From positions 1-48,765 of the IMG/VR virus record IMGVR_UViG_3300028842_000016: DNA of 48,765 nt, one strand, 5' to 3'. This DNA is from a virus. The stretch's first letter is position 1; each line of letters starts with the position of its first letter. Below are positions 36,375 through 44,579 of the stretch, piece by piece. The notes beneath the pieces were generated by a model that was given only the letters and a program-made list of their open reading frames with translations, was not told the origin of the DNA and did no database searches. The position numbers and the translations under genes are program-made.

Positions 36375-36487
36375 AAATCTTGATCGGGTTGGTCATTTGG
36401 GGAGTTCTGTCGTTTGCCGCCGGGATCCTGTTTGGGAAGTTCTGCGCCGCTTGTGATCGCGACGAAGAAGAAACGAGGGACCGATGA
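36371..36487 (+). CDS. Tiny membrane ORF (38 aa, MKILIGLVIWGVLSFAAGILFGKF...)
   Basis: ATGA overlaps on both sides. One hydrophobic helix. Confidence 0.35.
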   Translation: MKILIGLVIWGVLSFAAGILFGKFCAACDRDEEETRDR

Positions 36488-36624
36488 AGCCCTGCAAGCA
36501 GTGCGGATTCCCAATCGTTCCGCATCCCCGAGAAAAGTCCGCCCAGGATGCGGGGTTCTGTTGTACCGGATGCTTTGACGTGTACGAAGCGATCAAGGCG
36601 AGTGAAAAGAGAGCGAACCAATGA
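36484..36624 (+). CDS. Tiny Cys-rich ORF (46 aa, CKQC ... CCTGC)
   Basis: ATGA overlaps on both sides. Zinc-ribbon-like cysteine pairs. Confidence 0.35.
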   Translation: MKPCKQCGFPIVPHPREKSAQDAGFCCTGCFDVYEAIKASEKRANQ

Positions 36625-36767
36625 AAGGTTTCATCAGCCTCACTCAACGCCGGGAAGATTCATTCGATTCATTCCTGTCGGTCCTATCAAAGGTCTGCAC
36701 CGTTTTGGCTGTCCTCTGCGCGTTTGCGTGCGTGGGACACGAGGTCATTTTGAGGATTGTGCGGTGA
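36621..36767 (+). CDS. Tiny ORF with hydrophobic C-terminal half (48 aa)
   Basis: ATGA overlap upstream and GTGA overlap downstream. Confidence 0.3.
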   Translation: MKGFISLTQRREDSFDSFLSVLSKVCTVLAVLCAFACVGHEVILRIVR

Positions 36768-37042
36768 GCCACTCCTGCCGCGCCTTTCTCTGCGAGACCC
36801 CACACTATGAGGAACCGATCGACACCGGCTACACGGATGAAACGATCGAGATCGAATGCGGAGAGTGCAATCGAATGGTAACAGGAGTGGACGCGATGGC
36901 CGCGCACATCATGGAAACCCACCCCTCTTATTCCGCTCTTGAATCCGTGAACACGGCGTGTTTATGGGCTGACAGTGCCTACGAGCGAGAGGAAGACAAT
37001 ATCAGGAACCAAGAACCGGACGTGGATGATGACCCGCTTTAA
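36764..37042 (+). CDS. Small Cys/His-containing acidic protein (92 aa)
   Basis: GTG 36764 lies in the frame of track ORF 36548-37042. Upstream of it, that ORF is Arg-rich junk overlapping the tiny ORFs. Confidence 0.4.
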   Translation: MSHSCRAFLCETPHYEEPIDTGYTDETIEIECGECNRMVTGVDAMAAHIMETHPSYSALESVNTACLWADSAYEREEDNIRNQEPDVDDDPL

Positions 37043-37065
37043 ATGAAAACTGGGAGACCGCAACA

Positions 37066-37947
37066 ATGAACACGACGACAGCCCCGGAAGTTGACCGCAA
37101 GACGTTCATCGGAGGAAGCGACGCGCCGGCCGTCATGAATATGTCGCGCTGGAAAACCATGTTACAGGTCTGGGCAGAAAAGACCGGCACCGTTGAATCC
37201 GACAGGATCGAATCCGTCCCCATGATGGTGGGTAAGGCGTTGGAGCCAACCGTTGCCGCGTTGTTCACCAAAGAAACGGGGCTTGAAACCGAGAAGGCCA
37301 ACGAGCGCTTCTATCATCCCAAATATCCATTCTTATCCGCCGAGATCGACCGGAAGATCAAGGGCGAGCGCGCGTTCCTGGAATGCAAAACCTGCACGAT
37401 CCGGAAGGCCAAGGAATGGGCCGGAGACGACGAGATCCCGACCGAGTACATCATCCAGACCATGCACGATCTGGAAGTCACCAAAGAGCATTACGACTAC
37501 GCCTATATCGGCGTTTTGATCGGCAATGAGGACTTCAAATTCAGGAAGGTCCTGCGCGACGACAGCATGATCGCGGAGATCGTCCGGCGCGAAAGCAACC
37601 TCTGGAATAACTATATCGTTCCGAAGGTGATGCCGCAGATCGTGACGGCCGGCGACTCCGACATCCTCTACAAACTCTTTCCTCAGCAGAAACCTGGAAA
37701 GCAGATCCAATTTGGCGACGATGAAGCAAGGCTCCTTGAAATGCGGAATGCGCTTTATCAGGACGCCGCGACCTGCGAGGCTCAGGCCGAAAAACTCGAC
37801 AACGAGATCAAACTGAAAATGGCTGATGCGGAGATCGCCGTGGTGGGTGACTGGAAGGTCACTTGGAAACACCAGAAGCGCGCAGCCTTCTCCGTAAAGG
37901 CTACGGAGTTCCGCAAATTTGACGTCAAAAAACTTGGAGGTAAATAG
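37066..37947 (+). CDS. YqaJ-like recombination exonuclease (lambda Exo-type PD-(D/E)XK)
   Basis: FIGGSDAPAVMNMSRWKTMLQVWAEKTG ... AEIDRKIKGERAFLECKT is the YqaJ signature. Paired with recT. Confidence 0.85.
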   Translation: MNTTTAPEVDRKTFIGGSDAPAVMNMSRWKTMLQVWAEKTGTVESDRIESVPMMVGKALEPTVAALFTKETGLETEKANERFYHPKYPFLSAEIDRKIKGERAFLECKTCTIRKAKEWAGDDEIPTEYIIQTMHDLEVTKEHYDYAYIGVLIGNEDFKFRKVLRDDSMIAEIVRRESNLWNNYIVPKVMPQIVTAGDSDILYKLFPQQKPGKQIQFGDDEARLLEMRNALYQDAATCEAQAEKLDNEIKLKMADAEIAVVGDWKVTWKHQKRAAFSVKATEFRKFDVKKLGGK

Positions 37948-37949
37948 AC

Positions 37950-38825
37950 ATGGCAACGACTGAAGCAGTGGGAAAGGCGCTGGCACAACCAGCGGGGCAA
38001 TTACAGCCAGCTGATCGATTGGAAACGCTTCTGAAGCGGATCGACATTAAAGATCGACTGGATGAGGTCCTCGGAAAACGCTCGGCCGCATTCGCCTCGA
38101 GCATTCTGTCCCTCGTCAATGCGTCGCCGCAATTAAAGAAGTGTCAGCCGGTCACGATCATCGGGTCGGCGATGGTTGCAGCGACGCTGGATCTGCCCGT
38201 AAACAAGCAGCTGGGATTCGCTTACATCGTTCCCTATGGGGACGAGGCGCAGTTTCAGATGGGCTACAAGGGATACATCCAGCTGGCCATGAGGAGCGGG
38301 CAATATAAAACGATCCATGCGACGGAGGTATACCGGGATGAAATCAAAAAGTGGGATCCGCTTCATGGGGACATTGAACTGACAGATCCGGAGACTTGGA
38401 AGCAACGCGACAACGGAGAGACGGACAAGATCGTCGGATTCATGTCATACCTGAAGCTCCTGAATGGATTCGAAAAGACCATTTACATGACGAAAAAGCA
38501 GGTCCTGAATCACGCGAAACGCTACTCCAAATCCTTCGGCGCTAATTCTGGGATCTGGAAAACCAACGAGCACGAAATGTGCGTCAAGACGCCTCTGCGG
38601 TTATTGCTGAGTAAATACGGAGTCCTGTCTGTTGATATGCAGACGGCGCTGCGCGCAGACCAGGCGGTCATCAAGGACACGAATGGCGAAGTGCAGGAAG
38701 CGGCCTATGTCGACGCCGTAGCGGGCGAAGCAGTGGACGCAGACGCACCACCCGAGAGAGCGGCTGAACCTGCTGTCTCTACGGTGACCGGAAAACCCAT
38801 CGAGTTCGGAGGACCGCAACTGTGA
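37950..38825 (+). CDS. recT: RecT-family single-strand annealing protein
   Basis: LGFAYIVPYGDEAQFQMGYKGYIQLAMRSGQYKTIHATEVY is the RecT core motif. Confidence 0.9.
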   Translation: MATTEAVGKALAQPAGQLQPADRLETLLKRIDIKDRLDEVLGKRSAAFASSILSLVNASPQLKKCQPVTIIGSAMVAATLDLPVNKQLGFAYIVPYGDEAQFQMGYKGYIQLAMRSGQYKTIHATEVYRDEIKKWDPLHGDIELTDPETWKQRDNGETDKIVGFMSYLKLLNGFEKTIYMTKKQVLNHAKRYSKSFGANSGIWKTNEHEMCVKTPLRLLLSKYGVLSVDMQTALRADQAVIKDTNGEVQEAAYVDAVAGEAVDADAPPERAAEPAVSTVTGKPIEFGGPQL

Positions 38826-39253
38826 GTTACCCCAAGCGCGGCGGTCGTCATGAGCATCGGATTATTGCCGAGGAAAAGATCGGCCGGCCGTTGCGCTTGG
38901 GGGAGGTCGTCCATCACATCGACGGTAACAAGAAAAACAACTCGCCTGACAATATCCTGGTGCTTTCCAGCCAAGCCGAACACGTACGGCTGCATTTCAC
39001 TGGAGTCAGAAGGCCGCTAGTGACCGTCTGCAAGTTCGGGCATGCCTTAAAGCCGGGGAATGTCTTGATCACGTGGGCCGGAAGGCGGCGCTGTCTGACG
39101 TGTAGTCGGCGTTATGACAACGAATGGAAAAAGTCTAAGCGGAGGTCCCGGGGGCTTATGCGCCCCGGCCCAAAGCCAGGAACACCCGGGGCAATGGCAA
39201 TTTCTTTAAGCAATTCACGGAGGTCTTATGAAAATCGTATCGCTTGTCGCTGA
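38822..39253 (+). CDS. HNH endonuclease
   Basis: HRIIAEEKIGRPLRLGEVVHHIDGNKKNNSPDNILVLSSQAEHVRLH. GTG start overlapping the recT stop. Confidence 0.85.
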   Translation: MSYPKRGGRHEHRIIAEEKIGRPLRLGEVVHHIDGNKKNNSPDNILVLSSQAEHVRLHFTGVRRPLVTVCKFGHALKPGNVLITWAGRRRCLTCSRRYDNEWKKSKRRSRGLMRPGPKPGTPGAMAISLSNSRRSYENRIACR

Positions 39254-40532
39254 GAATTTTAAAAAGTTGATTGCCGTCGAGATTAAACCTGACGGGAATG
39301 TCGTGCAGCTTACCGGGAAAAATGGATCCGGTAAAACGAGTTGCCTTGATGCCATATGGGTAGCGCTCGCGGGAATGTCCGTTTCCCCACAAGTGCCAAT
39401 CCGCAAAGGCCAGAAGGAAGCCCGGATCCGGCTTGACCTGGGCGAGATCGTGGTCACCCGGACATTCCGTGAGAAAGAGGACGGAGCCACATCTTCTATC
39501 ACAGTTGAGAACGCCGAGGGAGCCCGTTTCACATCTCCGCAAGCGATGCTGGACGACCTCATGGGTCAGTTGTCCTTTGACCCGCTGGCGTTCGCGCGGA
39601 TGTCTCCTAAGGACCAATTCGACGCCCTGAAGAAATTCGTTCCGGGGGTCGACTTCGAAGCGATCGAGACGCAGAACAAAGTCGATTACGCGAAGCGCAC
39701 GGACGTCAACCGCCGGGCCAAGGAAGCCAAGACTTTGGCGGACCGGCTGGCGGTCCCTCCGGACACTCCGGATGAGCCGATCGATGAAGCGGCGCTCGTC
39801 GCCCAGATGGAAGCGGCCGGGAAGCACAACGCCGACATCGAGGCACGGAAGGCGCGGCGGATTGACTTCCAGAACCAGATCCAGGCAAAGAGTGATTCCC
39901 TTACGGCTCTTTCATCGCAGATCTCCGAAGCTCAAAAGCGATTGAACGAGTTGCGCGAAGGCTATGCGGCCGTCAAGACGGAGGTCGATACCATGACCGA
40001 AAAGCTGAAAGCAGCTCCTGTCTTGCCTGATCCCATCGACACCTCAGCCCTCATGCAGAAGATTAATGAGGCGAAATCCATCAATCAGGCCATCGGAGTC
40101 AAGAAGCAGCAGGAAGCTCAGCGGAAAGCCGCCCAGGCCCTGGAAGCCGAAGCAGAGGCCCTCACGGAAGCCATGGAGAAGCGCACCTCTGACAAAGAGG
40201 CGGCGATCGCCGCGGCCAAGCTCCCGGTCAAAGGAATCGGATTCGGGGATGGAGTCATTCTCCTGAACGACGTCCCGTTTGACCAGGCGTCCGACGCCGA
40301 GCAGCTGCGCGCCTCTATCGCCTTGGCCATGGCCTCAAACCCGAAGCTGAAGGTCATCCGGGTTCGCGACGGGTCACTGCTTGATGACGACTCGATGAAG
40401 ATCCTGTCAGAAATGGCTGACGCTCATGACTTTCAGGTCTGGGTTGAGCGCGTGGATGGATCCGGGAAGATCGGGTTTGTCCTTGAGGACGGGCATCTCA
40501 AGGCGGCCGAGAAAGCGAAGGTGGCCGCGTGA
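39228..40532 (+). CDS. SMC/RecF/SbcC-like AAA ATPase with a central coiled coil
   Basis: Walker A GKNGSGKTS at the N-terminus, a long coiled coil, then a C-terminal KVIRVRDGSLLDDDS Walker-B-like motif. GGAGG RBS upstream. Confidence 0.7.
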   Translation: MKIVSLVAENFKKLIAVEIKPDGNVVQLTGKNGSGKTSCLDAIWVALAGMSVSPQVPIRKGQKEARIRLDLGEIVVTRTFREKEDGATSSITVENAEGARFTSPQAMLDDLMGQLSFDPLAFARMSPKDQFDALKKFVPGVDFEAIETQNKVDYAKRTDVNRRAKEAKTLADRLAVPPDTPDEPIDEAALVAQMEAAGKHNADIEARKARRIDFQNQIQAKSDSLTALSSQISEAQKRLNELREGYAAVKTEVDTMTEKLKAAPVLPDPIDTSALMQKINEAKSINQAIGVKKQQEAQRKAAQALEAEAEALTEAMEKRTSDKEAAIAAAKLPVKGIGFGDGVILLNDVPFDQASDAEQLRASIALAMASNPKLKVIRVRDGSLLDDDSMKILSEMADAHDFQVWVERVDGSGKIGFVLEDGHLKAAEKAKVAA

Positions 40533-40741
40533 AGATCGTCGCGATTAAGAAGTGCAGTGAAGGGAATGACTCGGTAGGCGATATGTGGACTGAAACCAAG
40601 ATTTTCGAGCCCACCGCTACGCTTGCCGATGTCATGGGATGGATTTCAAACGGAATCGGCGGGTTCTACAAAAAGGACATAACCCTGACCGTTGCCGACG
40701 AGAAGGAGGCCGCCCCGTGGGAACAATCGAAATCGAAATAG
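40529..40741 (+). CDS. Hypothetical protein (70 aa)
   Basis: GTGA overlap start. Confidence 0.5.
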   Translation: MKIVAIKKCSEGNDSVGDMWTETKIFEPTATLADVMGWISNGIGGFYKKDITLTVADEKEAAPWEQSKSK

Positions 40742-40798
40742 GCTACCGCCTGGCGGCCGTCATCATCATCGCGTTGTCGATATGGAGGAGCTGCTTCC

Positions 40799-40981
40799 AT
40801 GGCGACTAATCGAAAACTCAAAACGCTCGACGAAGTCAATGCCGAATACGACGCCAAGATGGCCGAGCTAACTGGTCTGGAAGCTCAGATCCTGAACATG
40901 CACGACCGCGAAGGCCAGATCCGGACAGAACTTCATCACCTGTATTTGCAGAGCCTTCGGATTAAGGCGGCGGGCGTCTAA
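40799..40981 (+). CDS. Hypothetical coiled-coil protein (60 aa)
   Basis: Present in the ORF track. GGAGG lies about 9 nt upstream. Confidence 0.45.
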   Translation: MATNRKLKTLDEVNAEYDAKMAELTGLEAQILNMHDREGQIRTELHHLYLQSLRIKAAGV

Positions 40982-41142
40982 TGCTTTACGCGGCGGCCCT
41001 CGAAAGAGTCCCCCAGTCACAGGCCCGTGCTGGGTTGGTCGCCGCTTTCTTTAAACCTGCGGATAAATCCGGATATACAGATGTACTTCCGTTCGCTCGA
41101 GGCGGTTATTCCTCGACCAGGTACTTTCACAAGGACGTTTAA
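40981..41142 (+). CDS. Possible small ORF (53 aa)
   Basis: The ATG shares a base with the preceding TAA. Hand-translated. Confidence 0.3.
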   Translation: MLYAAALERVPQSQARAGLVAAFFKPADKSGYTDVLPFARGGYSSTRYFHKDV

Positions 41143-41271
41143 ATGCCATTAGGAATCGCAGGAGTGCTGTTTTTAGCCGCTCTTCTTGGTCTTGGGAGTC
41201 TCAGGACCAAACAGGCGGATCGAATGGAAATGGAGCATCTGAAGCAGGTCTATCAGGTTCCGGTGAAATAG
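41143..41271 (+). CDS. Possible small membrane ORF (42 aa, MPLGIAGVLFLAALLGLGSL...)
   Basis: The ATG immediately follows the preceding TAA. One hydrophobic helix. Confidence 0.3.
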   Translation: MPLGIAGVLFLAALLGLGSLRTKQADRMEMEHLKQVYQVPVK

Positions 41272-41296
41272 GTTTAGAAGCGGATGGGGAGGGGTT

Positions 41297-42091
41297 GTGG
41301 CTTGGATTGAATCGCATCAGTCTTTAAAGAATCACCCAAAAACGGTGATGGCGAGCAAAACGATGGGCATTTCTAAAGCTCAAGTGATCGGTCACCTGCA
41401 CCTTCTTTGGTGGTGGTGCGCTGATTATGCCAAGGATGGGGTGCTGGAAAAGTTCAGCGAGGAACAGGTAGCGGATGCCGCTGAATGGTCAGGAGATCCC
41501 AGTGATTTCATCGAACACATGGCGAACGCGGGGTTCATAGACCGCGTCCCGTTACGTGTTCACGATTGGGGAAGCTACCGATTACACTATGACCTTCTCC
41601 AGGCCACAAGAGACCGCAAATTAAAGCAGGTTCGTCGACGGGTGAAGAGGTGGAGAGAGCGTAACGCTGATGTAACGCAACATAGTAACGCACCAGTAAC
41701 GCAATGTAACGCGCCTACCATAAAGACCTTAAAGACCGTACATACCAAACAAACCAAACCAGAAAAGATTAAGCATCTCGATTTCGTTTGGCTCACGCCA
41801 GAAGAACACGGCAAGCTCAAAACGACCCTTGGGAAACACCTGGACCCGTTCATCAGCAGGCTCAATGGGTATATCGGTCAGATCGGTGAAAAGAAAGCGG
41901 CGGCGAAGTACACCTCACACTACCACACCATCCTGAACTGGTTCCGCGGGGATATTGAAAAGGGCTTGATTCGTCCGGAGTTCATAAAACCTCCCACCCC
42001 AAAAACCCCAGACCCCAAACCCGAGGATTGCGTCTCTGCAGAAGACGTCGGCCAACTCGTTAAAGCGCTGGCCGGAAAGGTGAAACCATGA
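41297..42091 (+). CDS. Putative replication initiator / replisome organiser (lambda O-like arrangement)
   Basis: 264 aa. The central part of the gene carries five GTAACGC iterons followed by an AT-rich stretch. N-terminal HLHLLWWWCADYA resembles phage replication-protein N-domains. Confidence 0.5.
   Translation: MAWIESHQSLKNHPKTVMASKTMGISKAQVIGHLHLLWWWCADYAKDGVLEKFSEEQVADAAEWSGDPSDFIEHMANAGFIDRVPLRVHDWGSYRLHYDLLQATRDRKLKQVRRRVKRWRERNADVTQHSNAPVTQCNAPTIKTLKTVHTKQTKPEKIKHLDFVWLTPEEHGKLKTTLGKHLDPFISRLNGYIGQIGEKKAAAKYTSHYHTILNWFRGDIEKGLIRPEFIKPPTPKTPDPKPEDCVSAEDVGQLVKALAGKVKP
41661..41712 (+). repeat. Five direct GTAACGC iterons (41661, 41672, 41685, 41696, 41706), putative origin
   Basis: Spacings of 11, 13, 11 and 10 bp. 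Followed by an AT-rich segment with TAAAGACC twice (41721, 41730) and CAAAC/CAAACC repeats. Confidence 0.6.
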
Positions 42092-42357
42092 ACACGTGCC
42101 GAGGATGCGGGAAGGAAATAGTCTGGGCGGAGACACAGCACGGGAAGAAGGTTCCGCTCGATCCGAAGGCCTTGGTGTTTAGCGTCATGTCGGAGAACGG
42201 AAAGATGATCGCCGTTTCTTTGACCGGTCACCGTGGTCCAGCCGGAGACTTGATCATGACGAGTCATTTTGCCACGTGTCCTAACGCCAACGACTTTCAC
42301 AAAAAACCAGAATCCGCTCAGCAAAGTTTCATCGAGCCGAAGGAACCCGGGGAATGA
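42088..42357 (+). CDS. Small zinc-finger-like protein (89 aa)
   Basis: N-terminal CRGCGKEIVW plus HFATCPN. ATGA overlap start. Confidence 0.5.
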   Translation: MNTCRGCGKEIVWAETQHGKKVPLDPKALVFSVMSENGKMIAVSLTGHRGPAGDLIMTSHFATCPNANDFHKKPESAQQSFIEPKEPGE

Positions 42358-42836
42358 CTCTGGAAGAAGAAAATCCGGTTACCGTATCCAAGATCCGAGA
42401 GAACTTAGAAAGACTCGGTGGCTACAACAGCATTTTGATCCCTGAGTTCACCTGGGGAGACCTTCGAATAGATGCCGTGGTCGTCGATCTTTCTTCCCGG
42501 TGGATACGAGGATTCGAAATAAAAGTGAGCCGATCAGATTATCAGCGCGACACAAAGTGGACCCTTTACTCTCAGTTTTGCTCGTCTCTGTCCATCGTCT
42601 GTCCATGGGGGCTCATCAACAAGAACGAGGTCGATGAACCATATGGGCTCTTGTGGGTGAGTTCGTCGAACTTAGTTCATTGGGAAAAGAGACCGAAGAA
42701 TTTCCAGAAACGCAATGGCATGGCGTGGCTTTGGACATATATCAAGGTCATCGAAAAAGAACTCCCGCGCATCCACTTCGCAGAACGCCAAGTGCGCAGT
42801 CTCCTGGACTGGGAATTAAAGAAGGCCAAGGAATGA
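42354..42836 (+). CDS. MmcB-like PD-(D/E)XK nuclease
   Basis: RIDAVVVDLSSRWIRGFEIKVSRSDYQRDTKWTLYSQFCSSLSIVCPWG matches the MmcB-family pattern (D ... EIK ... D..KW..Y). Confidence 0.6.
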   Translation: MTLEEENPVTVSKIRENLERLGGYNSILIPEFTWGDLRIDAVVVDLSSRWIRGFEIKVSRSDYQRDTKWTLYSQFCSSLSIVCPWGLINKNEVDEPYGLLWVSSSNLVHWEKRPKNFQKRNGMAWLWTYIKVIEKELPRIHFAERQVRSLLDWELKKAKE

Positions 42837-43141
42837 CGCTTCCGACTCAATCGGAATCCTGGGACAAAACACTGGCCGAGTTGGGCCCGCGCCAGCGTGA
42901 GGTCTTGGACGCCATCCGCCGGCATCCGTCAGGGGCATCGGCCTGGGAATTATCGACAGAGTTGCGACGCGATGTCTACACCGTCAGACCGCGGATTTGT
43001 GAGCTGTTCAAGATGGGCGTCATTCGGGAAGTGGGCACACGTTGGGAGGCGAGCACGTACCGCCATGAGACCGTTTGGGGAATCGTTTTAAACAGAGCGG
43101 AACAGTTGAATTTCGACATCAAATCAGGGGAGGCAGCATAA
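42833..43141 (+). CDS. Winged-helix DNA-binding protein (102 aa)
   Basis: LGPRQREVLDAIRRHPSGASAWELSTELRRDVYTVRPRICELFKMGVIREVG is MarR/wHTH-like. ATGA overlap start inside track ORF 42653-43141. Confidence 0.5.
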   Translation: MTLPTQSESWDKTLAELGPRQREVLDAIRRHPSGASAWELSTELRRDVYTVRPRICELFKMGVIREVGTRWEASTYRHETVWGIVLNRAEQLNFDIKSGEAA

Positions 43142-43142
43142 C

Positions 43143-44579
43143 GTGGAAACATTACCAATCAGCCAGATTGTCGTAGACACAAACTCGCGTCGGAGCATGA
43201 ATCCGGACCGGCTTAAAGAGCTGACAGAGAACATCAAGAAAGTAGGGGTTCTGGAGCCTGTGCTGGTTCGCGCGAATGGACGGAATCACGTCATGGAGAG
43301 CTGGACGCTGATCGCCGGCCACCGCCGGCTGGCGGCCGCCAAAGCCGCCGGGCTCTCCGAGATCCCGGTACGGGTGCTGGACGTGGATGAAAAGCAGGCG
43401 CAAGAAATCCAGGCGCTTGAGAACCTCCACCGGGAAGATCTTGGACCGGTTGATGAGGCGCGGTCATTTAAGGCGCTTCTCGATCTGGGTACGCATACCG
43501 TGGAAACGCTGGCCGCCCGGGTGGATAAATCGGAGACCTACGTCTACCGGGCGCTGCGGCTGCTTGAACTCCCGGAAAAAGTCCTGAAAGCCATTGATGA
43601 TGGAATCCTGACATCGGGACACGCGCACCAGCTTCTCCGGGTTCCAGCAGATCGCCGGGAAGCGCTTTTAAAGTTCGTTTTGGAAAAGGACTGGCATGGG
43701 CATTATCGGACGGTCGATGACCTGAAAAGCGAGATCGACCGGAATGTGTCAAAGGACCTCGACAAAGCCCCGTTTCCAATACGCGATGAGTATGCCGGCA
43801 CAGTCGCCTGCACCGTGTGCCCGTTCAATAGCGGAAATCAGGGAATGCTGTTTGACGGCGCGGAGAAGGGCTCCTGCACGAACGGCGTGTGCTACGCCAA
43901 GAAGAGCAAGGCCTACGACCAGCAGTTGCGCGCCCAGGGAGAAAAGAAATTCCCCGGTCTTGAGTTTGTCGGATCCGCGGTAGATCGTGGGTGGGGTGAT
44001 CGGGTGATCGGCGGAGCACTCATCGTCGACAAGGTGGATGCCAATGTGAAGGCAGCCATGAAAAAGAGCCCCGAGAAATTCGGATTTGGACTCCTGCGCC
44101 CAGACTCCTATGCGGGCGGCGCTCCAAAGCTGGCCATCGTGTGCAAAGACCCAGAACTCATTGGGAAAAAAGCCAAAGACATTCAGGGGGACCGCGTGAC
44201 GACGGAGGATTACGAGAAACAGCGTTTCATCGCTAACGCTGTGGATCTCGCGGTCAATAAAGTGCTTCTGGAAAAGGCGAAACTGGAAAAAGAAGACATC
44301 ATCGAGGCCATTCTCGAGATGAACTCGAATGTCTATGGAAGCCGGTGTCAGCTGATTCCGGCGGCCGGCTGCGCGGAGGATGTGACTGCCGAGTGGCTTT
44401 CAACGCTCGATGAATCTTTGCTTCAAAAAATCCTGATTCTCATGACTGTCAATGAAAACCGGGAAAAGCAGCTTTTGAAAGCGGCCGGGGTTCGTATCCA
44501 GGATATCGAGAAGGCCGCGAAGAAAGCCGCCACCGCGGAGTGGGCGGAACGGCAAAAGAAATCCGAGAAACCCAAATGA
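43143..44579 (+). CDS. ParB N-terminal-domain (ParB/Srx) protein with a Cys cluster, 478 aa
   Basis: LEPVLVRANG ... LIAGHRRLAAAKAAGLSEIPVRVLD is the ParB box. Central CTVCPFNSGNQ ... CTNGVCYAKK. Confidence 0.8.
   Translation: METLPISQIVVDTNSRRSMNPDRLKELTENIKKVGVLEPVLVRANGRNHVMESWTLIAGHRRLAAAKAAGLSEIPVRVLDVDEKQAQEIQALENLHREDLGPVDEARSFKALLDLGTHTVETLAARVDKSETYVYRALRLLELPEKVLKAIDDGILTSGHAHQLLRVPADRREALLKFVLEKDWHGHYRTVDDLKSEIDRNVSKDLDKAPFPIRDEYAGTVACTVCPFNSGNQGMLFDGAEKGSCTNGVCYAKKSKAYDQQLRAQGEKKFPGLEFVGSAVDRGWGDRVIGGALIVDKVDANVKAAMKKSPEKFGFGLLRPDSYAGGAPKLAIVCKDPELIGKKAKDIQGDRVTTEDYEKQRFIANAVDLAVNKVLLEKAKLEKEDIIEAILEMNSNVYGSRCQLIPAAGCAEDVTAEWLSTLDESLLQKILILMTVNENREKQLLKAAGVRIQDIEKAAKKAATAEWAERQKKSEKPK

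Noticed and set aside
36548-36763. N-terminal 72 codons of the 164-aa ORF 36548-37042
   Set aside because: The Arg-rich stretch overlaps two better-organised tiny ORFs that are coupled by ATGA overlaps. I kept only the part from GTG 36764.
41661-41712. Possible mini-CRISPR array
   Set aside because: The repeat unit is only 7 bp with 3-6-bp gaps and lies inside a coding gene. This is an iteron architecture, not a repeat-spacer one. No cas genes are present apart from a stand-alone Cas4-like nuclease, which is common in phages.
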